Notes under the pieces: model-generated
What the model saw: only the letters and a program-made list of their open reading frames with translations
The model's database searches: none
What the model was told of the DNA's origin: nothing
NCBI RefSeq assembly: GCF_009914755.1
Contig: NC_060934.1
Source of the DNA: the human T2T-CHM13v2.0 reference genome, Homo sapiens
Direction: 5' to 3' (one strand)
Length of the DNA: 64,000 nt
Shown here: in pieces, positions 17,729-31,377 of the stretch
Layout of the letters: each line of letters opens with the position of its first letter
How positions within the stretch are numbered: position 1 is the first letter of the stretch
Position numbers and translations under genes: made by a program

Positions 17729-20700
17729 CCCTCAAATCCTCGGACATACAAATTCCATTTTTGTGTACTTAATAAAAGGGCTACAAAATACATGAAGCAA
17801 AAACTGATAGAACTGCAAAAAGAAATCGAGAAATCCACAAATGTAGTGATAGAGTTGAATGTAACTGACAGAACAAGTAGATTATCAGTAAGGATGTATA
17901 CAATTTGAACAACGCCATAAAGTAACTTACCTCATTGATATTTATATGATACTGCATTCAAAAGCAGCAGAATATATATTCCTTTCAAATGCTCATGAAA
18001 CATTCATCAAAATAGATCATGTTTTGGACCACAGTAAAATCTCAACAAGTTCTCTGACCACAATAGAATTAAGTTAGAAATTAATAACAGTAAGTTTTCT
18101 CAGAAATTCCTGAGTATTTGGAAAGTATACAACACAGTTAAACTCATGGGTTATTTACGAGATAAAAAAGAAATTAGAAGACATTTTGTACTAAACTGAA
18201 ACGAGAACACATAATATAAAAATTTGTGGGATACTATTAAAGCAGTAATTAGAGGAATATTTATAGCACTAAAAGTCTATATTATTAGATAAGAAGAAAG
18301 GTCTTAAATCATAGACCTCAAGTTCCACCTTAAGAAAGTAGAAATAGAAGAGTAAATTAAACTCAAAATAAGCGGAAAATGGGGCAAATATTGGAGTGGG
18401 AAACAAAATAATAGATAAAATGAAAGCTGATTCTTTGAAAAGATTGATGAATTTGATAAACATATATCCATATTTATCAGGAATAAAAAAGACACAAATT
18501 ACCAATATCAAAAATAAGAGGTAACATAACTACAGATTCTACAAATATTAAATGGATAATAAAGCCATATTATAAAGAACTTTATGTCAATAAAGTTGAC
18601 AACTTCAAGGAAATGAATAAATCCCTTGGAAGACACAAACCACTAAAGCTCTCTAAGAAGAAATAAATAACCTGAATAGCCCCGTATTTATCAAAGTAAT
18701 TGAATACATAGTAAAAACTCCAGGCCTTCTTGATTTCATTGGTAAATTTTACCAAACGTTTAAGGAAGAAGTAATACCAATTCTGCACAAACTCTTCCAG
18801 AAAGCAGAAGCATGGGGCATTCTTCCCAGGTCATCCTATGTAGACAGCATTACTCTTATGCCCAGACACAACAAATATATGACAAAAATAGAAAACTACA
18901 GAGCAATATCTCTCATGAACATAAATGCAAAATTCTTAACCAAACTTTGGCAAGTCAAATTCAACAATGTGTATTTTAGAAACATGACCAAGTCATGTTT
19001 ATCCTAAGCAGGGTCTGTTTACCATTTAGAAATTTATCAACACAATTTATATTAACAAATTAAAAAAATCGTATAACTCTCAATATACCCCCAAAAAGTA
19101 TTTGACCAAATTCAATATTCATTCCTGATTAATTTTTTTCTCAATTAGATAAATGGCATACAGGAAAAGTCTATGGCTGACTTCACACTTAATGGTGAAG
19201 GACTAAATGCCTTCCCCCTAAGATAAAAAATAAGGCAAGAATGCCTACTCTCATTGTGTCTATTCGTCATCATACAGAGTTTCTAGCTGGTGCAATGAGG
19301 CAAGGATAAAAAATAAAGGCATTAAGATCAGAAAGGAAGAAGTAAAGATGATTTTTATTCACAGATAACCTGATTACCTATGGGGGAAATCTGATGGAAG
19401 TATACAAAAAAATTACTAGAACTAATAAGTGAGCTTAGAAAACTCACAGGATACAAAAAAGACAAAAGTCAATGTGTTTCTATTACCAGCAATGAGCTAT
19501 CAAAAATTGGAATAAAATCATATTCACAACAGCACCAAACTTGTGAAATATTTGGGATAAATGAAAAACAATGCACAAGACATGAACTTTGAAAATTATA
19601 AGCCATGCAGAGATAACTTTTAACAGATCTAAATAGAAGGAGAGATATATTGCCTTCTTGAGTTACATCTTGGCTTCAACCACTCCTGCTGCCAGCACTG
19701 ATTTTCCTTGTAAAGACTTTTTCCTTGCCATTACCGCTTGTCCTAAAAGGAAAACCCTTTTAGGTTGAACAAACCTCTACATGTACCCCCTGAATCTAAA
19801 ATAAAAGTTGAAGTTATAAAAATAAATGAAATATGTTTCTTGTCGGCAGCTTATAGTCGAATCTGGCATTTTCAGCCTATCTGAAAGCTCTTTTAATTAG
19901 GATATTTAAACTCTTTAATTTTATGTGATTAATTACATGGTTAGATTTAAATATACCATCTTGTTGTTTGTTTCATCTGTCCTTTGTTCTCCTTTACTTT
20001 TTCCTTCTTTCTTTCAATTAATTGAATATTTTTACAGTTCCATTTTATCTTCTCTGTTGGCTTATTCAATATGATTTTTTGTTATTTCAACAATTGCTTG
20101 GGGATACTTAATATTCCTATTTAACTTACAATAGTGTACATCTTTATCTTTAGTACACCTGTTTAACTTTAACTTCAAGTGATGTTATACCATGACACAT
20201 ATTGTAAGAGAACCTTCCATTTCTGCCTTCCTGTCTTCCAGTCGCCTGTGGATGAAGCACGCTACTGGCACCAAGTTATCTGCCTATGCTCTACTGCAAA
20301 AGGGGTTGAGCAAGTGAGACTTTTAAAAATGTTGACAAGGTAGAACTCACCCAAAATTAAGAGTGTTCAAAAATATCAAAAATATTGAGCGGCCAGGAAC
20401 ATAATGCACTTCCCATGTAGGCCAAATACTAGCATAAAACATAAAATTATAGGACACGATCTGTATTTTAAAATAAACTTTCTACCTTGGAAGTATAGGA
20501 ATCCTTTTGTTAGTTGTCAAGACTAGGGAAGCCTGTGTTTTAATTCAGAAAGTATGCCCATTTCCATTTCCCTCAGATTCACTGGAAAAAGATTTCCAAA
20601 AACGTGTGCGTAGGTCATCATCAGGAAGACAAAATACAAAAACAGAAAAATAACCTAAGGGATGACTTCATAAAAAGCCTAAGGAGAAATAACCTATTTC

Positions 20701-21140
20701 TCTTTTCCCACTCTGCACTGGTTCCCAGGGAGTCATAAAGAAAATGGAGAAAGACAGACTACCTGTGATTATCACATGGGCAGACAGGAACCACCTTGTT
20801 GGAAGTCTTTCAAGAAGAGTTAGTGCTTGGTTCTCAGGGATTTTCCCTTACCTGGTTTCCTGAGTTAGTTATTTTTTTTCCTTTTTAAAGATTTCAGAAG
20901 TCCCAGGAAAAAATTTTAGACATCAGACTCATTGTTAACATTGTGGTTATAATTTAAGGCATTACTGGCAGTCGTGTGGAGCAGATAAGCCAGCAAGCTT
21001 TGAAGAAAAAGTACGTTTCTTTATAGGTGTCTTGAATTTCTAAAAGAATACTTTTTAATATAGCTTTATGTGGGTATAGTTTAAAATATAAAATCTGCTT
21101 CTCTAGGCCACCACAAGAACAAGAACAGAGATTTAATAGG

Positions 21141-21183
21141 CACACACACACACACACACACACAAACATACACATACACATAT
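21141..21183. repeat. (CA)n microsatellite
   Basis: Direct reading. Confidence 0.9.
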
Positions 21184-21186
21184 GTA

Positions 21187-21536
21187 CAGATGCTCCTTGA
21201 CTTATGATGCAGTTACATTTGGGAAAATCCATCATAAGTTGAAAATCTCCTAAGTTGAAAATGCATTTAATATACCTAACCTACAGAAAATCATAGCTTA
21301 GCCCAGCCTACCTTAAGCATGTTCAGAAAACTTACATTAGCCTACAGTTGCATGAAATCATCTAACACAAAGCCTATTTTATGATAAAGTGTTGAATAGC
21401 TCATGTAGTTGAATACTGAAAGTGAAAGAATGGTTGTATGGGTACTCAAAGTATAGCTTCTACTGAATGTGTATCATTTTTGCATCATAGTAAAGTTAGA
21501 ATACCTAAAGTTGAATCATAAGTTGGGGACCATCAG
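21187..21536 (+). mobile_element. MER47A (TcMar-Tigger non-autonomous DNA transposon)
   Basis: Starts cagatgctccttgacttatgatg, ends cataagttggggaccatcag, flanked by a TA TSD. Confidence 0.85.
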
Positions 21537-21611
21537 TACAAAATACAGTATTTATATAATTCTGTGCCCACACTCCATTACAGGGCTTTAATCCTTCACC
21601 TAAAGAGCATT

Positions 21612-21979
21612 TATCTTAGTCTATTCCTGCTGCTGTAACAAAATACCTTAGTCTGGATAATTGATGAAGAACAGAAATTTACTTCTTACAGTTCTGGAGG
21701 CTGGGAAGTCCAAGATCAAGGAGATCAAGGCACCAGCAGGTTCAGCATCTGGTGAAGGCTTGTTCTCTGCTTCAAAGATGGTGCCTTGTTGCTGTCTCCT
21801 CACATGAAAGAGGGCAAAAAAGTGTCAAATAGGCTCCTTCAATCTCTTTCATAATGGGCATTAGGTGAGAGCCTCCATGACCTAATCACCTCTTAAAAGC
21901 CCTACTTCTTAACACTATTGCATGGGGGATTAAGTTTCAACATGAATTTTGGAGGGACACAAACATTCAGATCATAGCA
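21612..21979 (-). mobile_element. MaLR solo LTR (MLT1A/MSTD type)
   Basis: tcttagtctattcctgctgctgtaacaaaatacc...cagttctggaggctgggaagtccaagatcaagg...acattcagatcatagca. Confidence 0.8.
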
Positions 21980-22038
21980 GTACTTTTTGCCTCCCCTTGA
22001 GGAGTCCAGCTCCAGGCCAAAATCATCTGTATGCTCTC

Positions 22039-22330
22039 TTTTTTTTTGAGATGGAGTCTTGCTCTGTTGCCCAGGCTGGAGTGCAGTGGCTCCATCTCTG
22101 CTCACTGCAGGCTCTGCCTCCTGGGTTCATGCCATTCTCCTGCCTCAGCTTCCTGAGTAGCTGGGACTACAGGCGCCCACCACCACGCCCAGCTATTTTT
22201 TTTTTTGTTTTTAGTAGAGACGGGGTTTCACTGTGTTAGTGAGGATGGTCTCGATCTCCTGACCTTGTGATCTGCCCGCCTCGGCCTCCCAAAGTGCTGG
22301 GATTACAGGTGTGAGCCACCGCGCCTGGCC
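22039..22330 (-). mobile_element. AluY
   Basis: Antisense dimer (gccattctcctgcc, ggatggtctcgatctcctgacc); TSD tcatctgtatg(c/a)tct on both sides. Confidence 0.92.
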
Positions 22331-23419
22331 TCATCTGTATGATCTTTCATGTCTGACTATAGACATTTACAAAGGCTTTGCTGGCAGGCCTCATGGGGGA
22401 AGCTGCCCTTCCTTCCCAGACCTGGAGCACAGCCAGTGCAATGCAGTTTTCTGAAGGCGGTTGCAGTGAAAGACTCATGGCCCTTGGGTCTACCATGCTC
22501 ATTTGCATATCTGCAAGTCTAGCCCAGGCACCTCCATTCAGAGACCTCCTTATGGGAGGGGAGGGCTTGACTCAGGCACTTTTCTCCACTCCTATTTCTT
22601 CCTGACCTCCTTCCTTCCCACCTGTGCTTTCATAAAAAGGCAGGAGCCTTTTGTTCAGGACTCCTTAGTGAGATGATTTTCCCCAGTTGGCACAGATCCT
22701 CCTGATGCTTGCCCAGAGCTCTTCTGTGGGGCCCTTTTTGCCTTTTGCCTGCACTGCTGCAGTAAGTGAACAAAGCCTTGATTGTCACTGTCAGTTTGGC
22801 TTGTTGTCCTAATTGGCCACCATCACACCTGGCTGTTCAGCACCCCCTCCTCAACTATACCCCAATTACTTGTGAACCTCTGCAGAGGTTCCCTCATGTA
22901 AGGTTCTCTCAGCTGCCTTGTGAAGCTCGTGGTTTCCTCTTCACTGGTTCTCTGGCCCCGGAGACTGAAAACTGGGAAGTTCCCTCCTAAATGGAGTTGC
23001 TGCTGGCACTGGTGCCATCTCCCAGGGATGGTGCTTCTCTGCTTAGCTGGTCTGCTGTATCAGATCCATCCTGTGGACAACAGGAGTATTGCTCGTGCTG
23101 CCACTTTTCAATGGTCTTCCTGGTCTGCTCTGTCTGCTGAGTTTTCTTAGGAGGAAGATTCTCTCCCCCATGAATCTACACACCATTATTGAGACTCACA
23201 GCACCGTTGCTTTGTTTGCTTAGTGACTAGGGGTTTTACGTAATGAGTCTCAGTTACACTAGGATAGTATTTTTCTCTCTCAAGGACCCTGACACAAAGT
23301 AACTGGGGTAAGAGAATCACCTGAGTGATAGACATTTATTGTTCTCAGAATGATTCCTTCCCTGCTTGTAGCCCAGCATCATTAAACTCCTCCTTTCTGG
23401 GAATGGGGTGAATGCTTGC

Positions 23420-24280
<861 letters not shown>

Positions 24281-27200
24281 TTGCTCTTATCAATAGACCT
24301 CTGGGATGCAAGTTTAAACTCAAGCTAGAAAGATACCCTGTCTCACCTCAACCCACCCATACCACATGTCTAACTATTTCTCCTTTGAAATACATTTTTT
24401 TCCTGCCCAGCCATGAACAGCACATGTCTTCTGATGGTTTTTTAAGAAGAAGATAAGTCATTTAAAAGTTCAGAAATAGTTGCTGGAGAACAGTTGCAGT
24501 TACTGTACACTTCTCCTTTCATCATTTTAATGGGAACTTCCTGGAGGGCGTTTTGCCTTGCATTTCTCATTTGCTATGGTCTTTTACACACAAATCTGAG
24601 GATTAATTCAAGATGGCCCCCTTTTTTTTTTTAAGCAACTGCAAGTGAAGACATACATACCTAATGATTATGTTGGTGGATTGGATAATGTTTCAAATGA
24701 TAACTTCCTCCAAGGTAAACTCCATGTGCTGTAAAAATCGATGGATTTTGTTCTGCCAGAGAGAAGCGGGAGAGTTAGGATTGCCGACTGCAGACTCAGC
24801 GCCTCTGCCAACATTTTGGCTCTGTGGCAGTTCTTTCTGAGAACTCTGCCTTAGGTATTTCTGAAGCAGTGTCAGAGGCATTTTTACTATATGGTGCTAT
24901 ATTCAATTAATTCAGAAGGATAAATATACAGCTTAAGACAATGGAATTTTTTTGACTGCCTAAGTCTCTGGCCAAGGTTTCTATTCTGGCACATTAAAAT
25001 AACATGACCGCATCAGAAGCAAAACCCTAGGCAAAAAGCAGGGAAGCCAGGGAGCTCCCTCTTTTTAGGTAGTGGAATGGTGTTAGATTTTCAATTTTAT
25101 GTACTGCCGTTCTTTCCACACTATTTATTTTCAGACGGCATGGGTATTTTGGATGTGTAACCTATCTGCTCAATGATTTCAGCTGCAGTACTAACTTCAT
25201 TACTTCAACCTGGCACCTTTGTTGCAGCAAGAGACAAGTAGCGCTGCTTAGCACAAACCAAGAGTTTTTTTTTTTTTCCTTCTGTATTTTCAGGAATGCC
25301 TTTGCTCTCTTCTCTGAGTTTGAAAGTGAGAGGCAGTTCACTGTTTTTCCAACAAAGTCAAGGCTACTCTTCTGATTGCTGTTTAATCAGACAATGGAAA
25401 CTCAGACAGCTTACAATGGTGGCCATTGGTAGTTACCACTGGTTAAAGCTTACATAATTGCCCCTAGGCCCTATGTTTCATGTGATAAATCTGTGATCAT
25501 CCATAAAGTGGTTGGTTATCTAAATGTTGCAGTCTATAATTTGCAAGCTATCCTTTATGTGGGGGCAAATTATACATTGCCATCTTCTTGTTCAAGTTAC
25601 TTCTCCTGGACAAAGATATCTTAACCATACTAAATGCTGGCTGGGTTTTTGGATGAAAAAGGCTGAAAAGATTACTTGGAACAGTTTGCAACATGAATAC
25701 AACTTAAGTATCATCCTACCATTTCTGTATCTCAGAGGTAGGTGGGGATAAACTGCAGGTGCATCTCTTTGCCAGAATATATAGTAACATATTTTGGGAA
25801 GATTGTATAATGTAGTGCCCATTTTTACCATAGGTTTCATGAGATAATTATAAAGCACTAAAGCAAATCAGCATACTAGACTGGTTGAATATGCTAACAT
25901 TCTAATTTTGTATAGAGGGTGATTACTGTTATTATTTATAGAGTGCAGTAAGTATATATAATGCTTTATAAACACGTAGGCAGACAAGGTGCCCAGAGGT
26001 GCCTAAATTCTAATTGCTTGAATTAGACATTTTAAATGAAAAAAAGCTACTCTGCAAAAGTGGAAAGAGACTAGGCATGAAATTGTGTTAAATAAGTGTT
26101 TTTGAAGAACTGAAGGATAAAAGCAACTGTTCTTTTAGATTTAGGTTGAAGTTGCTCCATAGAAGTCAAGAAGAACCAAAGTACTGTAACTAAAACCATC
26201 TAAAAACACTTCTTGAAACATTAAGAGAAATTCCAACTGGTTCCCATAAATTCAGTTCTCCCCTACTTGCCCAGGTCTAGGTCTGCATTCCAAGTTCCCA
26301 GAGCACAACTCACAGGGAGTTCACAAAAAAGGGGGGAAAAGATGACTGTGGGCTCTTTGAGTGGAGAGACCAAGTCTGATAGGTACAGACTTTCTAAATC
26401 CATTCTCTTGGCTAGGACTTTTCTTGACCCAGTAATGGGGAAAATGAAAACTTTGCAACTAGCGGCAGTGCTTTCACAGATAAGCAAATCTACATATAGA
26501 GGTACCCTTTATAAAAACACGTAACGATCTACCCTTTAAGGAAGCCCTTCTTAAAACTTGAACTGGAAACAACAATGAATTGTCCTTTTACTATTGATCA
26601 TTAGGTTTGATAATGTCACAAAGATGTTCTTTGATGTCAGTGCAGTCCACTTAGGAAGAGTGTTCCATATATCACAAAAGATTCAGGGAATGGTCTATTG
26701 TAAGTTCCATACGAAAATCTATGATGAAGTACAGTTACCACATATAAACATATGTGTAAGTAAAATGTCCTTATTTCTAAATATAATAGCCGAGTCCAAC
26801 TTTCATCACAAAATTATTGCTAATCTGTCATTATCCACAAAATAGTTGGTTATCTAAATGCTTCTTCATTAACATTTTAGTATGAAATTTAACTTGGCAC
26901 TACCTTGGGAGTACTATTTATAAATGTATAATGTCAACTACTTGTTTTGGTTATGATATTTTTGAAATTTGAATTTATTGAGTTTATCAGTTTAGGCCTT
27001 CTTATCAGTTTAGGACTCCTTAAAAAGGAATTGGCCACTTCGATTTTTGTCTTCAGGGTTAACTCTATCTGATTAGAGGGCACTACACAAGCCGTTCAAA
27101 TACAAAACTATTAATATATCATGAAGCATAAAATATTAAGAGCCAGCTCAAGTCCTGAGAGAAGTTACAGGCAAATGCCAGTGTTTTTTGCCAAATTTGC

Positions 27201-27831
27201 TATGCTCTGAAACAAGTGTTTAAAATGTTTTGATCATGTTTTCTTTATGATGAGCTATTTTAGCCCTCTTCTAAATGTCACTCTAGAAACATACCTACAT
27301 AATTGAATAGATTTATTAAAATCATTTTGGCAATATTTTATAAGTGGTGTATATATATGTGTGTATCTCTGTCTATATACATATATATGCATATATGTAT
27401 AGCTACATATACAAATACGTATATATAGGTATGCTATAAATATGTACAAGATTGGTGCTAACTGGTTTTCAGGGGCCTATAGGAAGGTAAGTCCTATGAG
27501 AAATAATTAATTTTTATTCTTATTCTTGTCTTTTTAAAATTTGCTTTTGTGTTACAGAAAATGAGAAGCTGCCTCCAGGATAGGGGGAGCTTGTTTTGCT
27601 GTGGAGATAGCTTCTAGAAGGACAGAATTATGATTCTCCATAGTTTTGCCAACATGTATTTGCTAGAGGGTTTGGCTTAGAAGCTTTAATGGCTATGGAG
27701 TATGTGATGAAAAGCCACTGCAGTATTAAAGTAGTTACCTTCCCACTCCAAGACCCTACTCTTTGACACCCAACAGAGCTATTCCTTCCTTGTAAACATG
27801 ATGTTCTGGCTCCATAGCTATGGATTGATGT

Positions 27832-27834
<3 letters not shown>

Positions 27835-27880
<46 letters not shown>
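27835..27880. repeat. (TG)n microsatellite
   Basis: Direct reading. Confidence 0.95.
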
Positions 27881-27881
<1 letters not shown>

Positions 27882-28549
27882 CTAATTTTCTACCTGGTCC
27901 CTTTATTGTGCTTGACAATTGAACCACCTGGCCATAAGCGGCTTGTGTTTGAGAGCATAGTCATAAACATTGGCCTGTGGCCTGTTGGGCTATAATTGCA
28001 GTTGCTGGACTCTGACTCTCCTCACACTGATTAGGGCACAGTCCAGGGCACGTTGAGCTAACAGTGTTTCTGAACTCACCACCAACACATATACCCAACT
28101 TAAATGATGTGCTGCTTCCTAAGCAATGGGAAATATTTGTAATGTACTTTGAACAGTGCTTCTGAGGTCCAAACCCCCAAAATTTAAAACATGTACATGG
28201 TAATAGACCAATGCGAAAGAAATCTCACAGGTTAAGGGCAGCAAGTGATGTTTCTACGGACAGTTCAAATCCTCACTCAGATTGAGTCACTGTTTAGCCA
28301 TTGGTAGTTACTGTTTTCAGAGTTCATTTTTTCCTCTCCTTTTCTTTCCCCTCTTTTTTCTCTTCTCTTCCCCTTTCCATCTTTTCAGTTTCATACATAC
28401 ATACATATGCATGTGTGCATGTGTATATACGTGCACATGTGTATATATGTGTAAATATGTGTATGTATATACACATTTGTTTCACATATATGCTATAGGG
28501 TTCAGCTTAAAACAGATTTTAAAATGTTATGTTATACTCTTTAAAAAAT

Positions 28550-28760
28550 AATTCAGTCAACATATATTTATTAAGTGCCTGCTGTTTATACCAGGCACTG
28601 CACTGGGTCCTAAGAAAAGAAAAACAGAATTCCTGCCCTGGAGGAGCTTGTAAGTTGAGAAGGAAGGCAGACATACAAACAACCAATCACATCAGAAAGT
28701 AAAACAGTTGTTGTAGAGTTGTGAACAGAAGGCAGTGGGAAATAAGGAAGGAGGGCTTAG
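28550..28760 (-). mobile_element. L2 3' fragment
   Basis: ttcagtcaacatatatttattaagtgcctgctg...ccaggcactg...ccctggaggagctt. Confidence 0.6.
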
Positions 28761-30854
28761 GCTTGCCACATCAAATAAGCATTACTTACTGTGGCATGTT
28801 AGCCAGGCTGATACCTGCTAATATGGCATCACTTACTTGCTGCATTGAACGCTTGGAACGAAAACTGTGACCCAACAAAGAAGGTTCCTGTGTACCAGCA
28901 TAGCTGCCTCTTGACAATTTTGTTTTCAAATCATGCCTTTAATTTGTCAATGACTTGCCTATTCCCACACTATCAATCTGAATTAGCATTTTCAGGAACA
29001 GTGATTCCTACTGAAAAATTGCTGCTTTTGAAAGATGCAGAACGAGGAACTAGTTATGTAATTCCTTCATGATGTCAGGGTGCTTTCACATTTGCACGTT
29101 AAAAAATAGGACGGTTACAGTTGCAAGAAGCCCTCGGGGCAATGAATCTACAGCCTTCTCTAGTACTCCTTTGTTCTAATTAGGAACATGCTGGGCTGTA
29201 CGTTACTTATTTTAATTATTCTATTTATTCGTGAAATCTAATGCATCGTTAAGGATATCCATAATTTTGTCTAATTAGCTAGAATTTGAATTTTCAAATG
29301 CGGGAGTGTTTAAGATCATTAAACCTAAGACAGTAGACTAGGATCTCAGGCTTGCTTCTATTCTGTTGAGCTTCCATTTGAGAATCAAGAGTGTTAATGA
29401 AACTTTCTGCTGCTTCATCCAGATCTGACTCTACTTCAGTAACTTTAAAAAGGTTGAAAAACAGTGTATGTGGATGGAGAATATTTTTGCCTCTTTTACT
29501 TGCCACTTCCCACTCTCTACCCTTTCCATTAAAAATATTTTAATGAATAAAAAGTCATCTTGGCGATTAAACAGTGTCTGGATTCAGGAAGCAAGACGCT
29601 CGCAGTTAAAAACCGTTGCCACTCGACGGTGGCAAAATTGCTGGCTGCACTGGAGATCACTGCAGAGCGCTCCTGATGCCTCGATGCTGACGGCGGATCT
29701 GGCGCGGGCTGGGGCGCATTGCACATTCTGCTCCAGCCGGGAGGCGGCGGGCGGGCAACTCCGGGTTGGTCACTCGGCAGCCGGCAGAGGTGCGCAGAAG
29801 GCGCACAGAACCAGGCACTCAGCCTCAAGGATGTCTGGGTCTCTGCTAAGGGACAAACGCTCCAGGAACAAGGAACAACCTCTAGCCATCCCAGCACCAC
29901 CTAACGAACCTTCGTTTGGCTCTCTCGCAGAAAGTCTCTTCTATTTTTGGCCCCCAAGACAATTTCAGAGAACCAGTAAAGTTGGGTGACAACGTGGATC
30001 GCTTTCTAGTGTAAGGTCCCGGGGAATGGCAAAACTCAAATGTAGCCTCACTGATGAGCTCAAGGAACTCTGCTTGGAGTTGTCACCCCTACGACTGACC
30101 TCAGACCCAGGACCCAAGGGCGGGGCCCTCTTGCATCTGGAATCCAGCCTCGGCCTTGACCCCTTTCGCTTGTTCGGAGTGCTTTCGCCCAGCTTCTGGC
30201 GGAGGTTCACGCAGGGAGGGGACTCAGGTGGAAAAGGCTGGCCCCTTTGATCTCTTTGCAGGAACTTAGTAGACAGGGGCCCCGGGCTGGAGATTTGCTT
30301 CGAGTAGGCTAGAGGCGCCCTTGGCGCACCGAAGCTGGCTGCCTTGCTGGAACCTGCCGCGGGGGTGGAGGTTGAAAGGACTCTGAGCTCTTCTTCCCCA
30401 AGCCGAACTCCCTCCTACAGGAGCGTGGAAACCAACTCTCCCACACCGTCTATCCCACTCTTCCCCCCTAAACCTCTAGCGCAGCTTTTTAAAGGCATCC
30501 TGTGCAGCCTCCAACTTTGGGGAAAGAGAATGCCCAACTCCCGCTCTCCAACTACCCGTACTGCCTTCTTCCTTTTCCTGCGGTCGCCTCCAAACTCTGC
30601 TTCCCTGGTATCCCCGCCCCGACCTGGAAGCGAGCGCCCCCGGCTGCTCGCGGCAGCCCCTCGGCGCCCGTTTGCAGGGAGCGAGCTCTGGCTCCTCACA
30701 GGATCCAGACGCGGTTCCCATCCGTCCCCAGCCCTGCAGGGCACACGCGCGCGTGCACACGCACGCGCTTACACTCCAGCTCACACTCGCGCGTCCTCAC
30801 TCCCTGCACCCCACCCTCCGCGCCGCTCCTCCGCGGGGTGGGGGGTGGTGGGGG

Positions 30855-30862
30855 TGACGTCA
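30855..30862. promoter_or_regulatory. Full palindromic CRE (TGACGTCA; CREB/ATF site)
   Basis: Exact consensus inside the CpG island, just upstream of the probable transcription start region. Confidence 0.75.
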
Positions 30863-31049
30863 GGACTGCAGTCCAGAAGAGAGCGGCTGGAGAGGGCTGC
30901 GCGCTTCTCGCCAAGCAAGCGGGAGGCGCACTGGGGCCGCCGCCGTTCCCGCGCTCCTCCCTCTCCTCTGCACCCACTGTCACGCTACCCGCCCGCGGGG
31001 GAGCCTCGAGAGCCTCCAGGTGAATTGAAAGTCGTTTCCGGGGGAGGAC

Positions 31050-31377
31050 GGAGAGGGTGCTGCAGTCCTGGCATGCCCTGAAACTGCAAGTCGGGCAGAA
31101 ACGACCCGGCGGAGGAGCAGGGCGCGCAGCGCCCTGCGCAGCATCCCCGGGCTGCCAGAAGAGGCCACCACTCGGCTGGCAGCCGCGAGCGGCGGCCGAA
31201 CCTCGGCCCCAGACTCGGGCCCCCGGCACGCTCGCCCGGGAGATACCCCTTCCCCCTCTTGCGCATTTCGCAGCTGCGCTGGTGTGGGGCATGAGAGCGA
31301 GGTGGCTCCAGGTCTCCGCGGAGCAGCTGCCAGTGGGAGAGCGAGGAGAGGCGAGGGGGCGGCAGCCTCGGCCCGAA
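31050..31377 (+). other. Probable first (5'UTR) exon of a + strand gene; 5' boundary uncertain
   Basis: Ends at a strong donor GAA|GTAAGT (GT at 31378) inside the CpG island; no recognisable coding exon in the following 32 kb. Gene not identified; PLCE1 is an unverified guess that needs BLAT. Confidence 0.55.

Noticed and set aside
22360-23230. Probable additional LTR-derived sequence
   Set aside because: LTR-like character, but I could not assign a family or boundaries.
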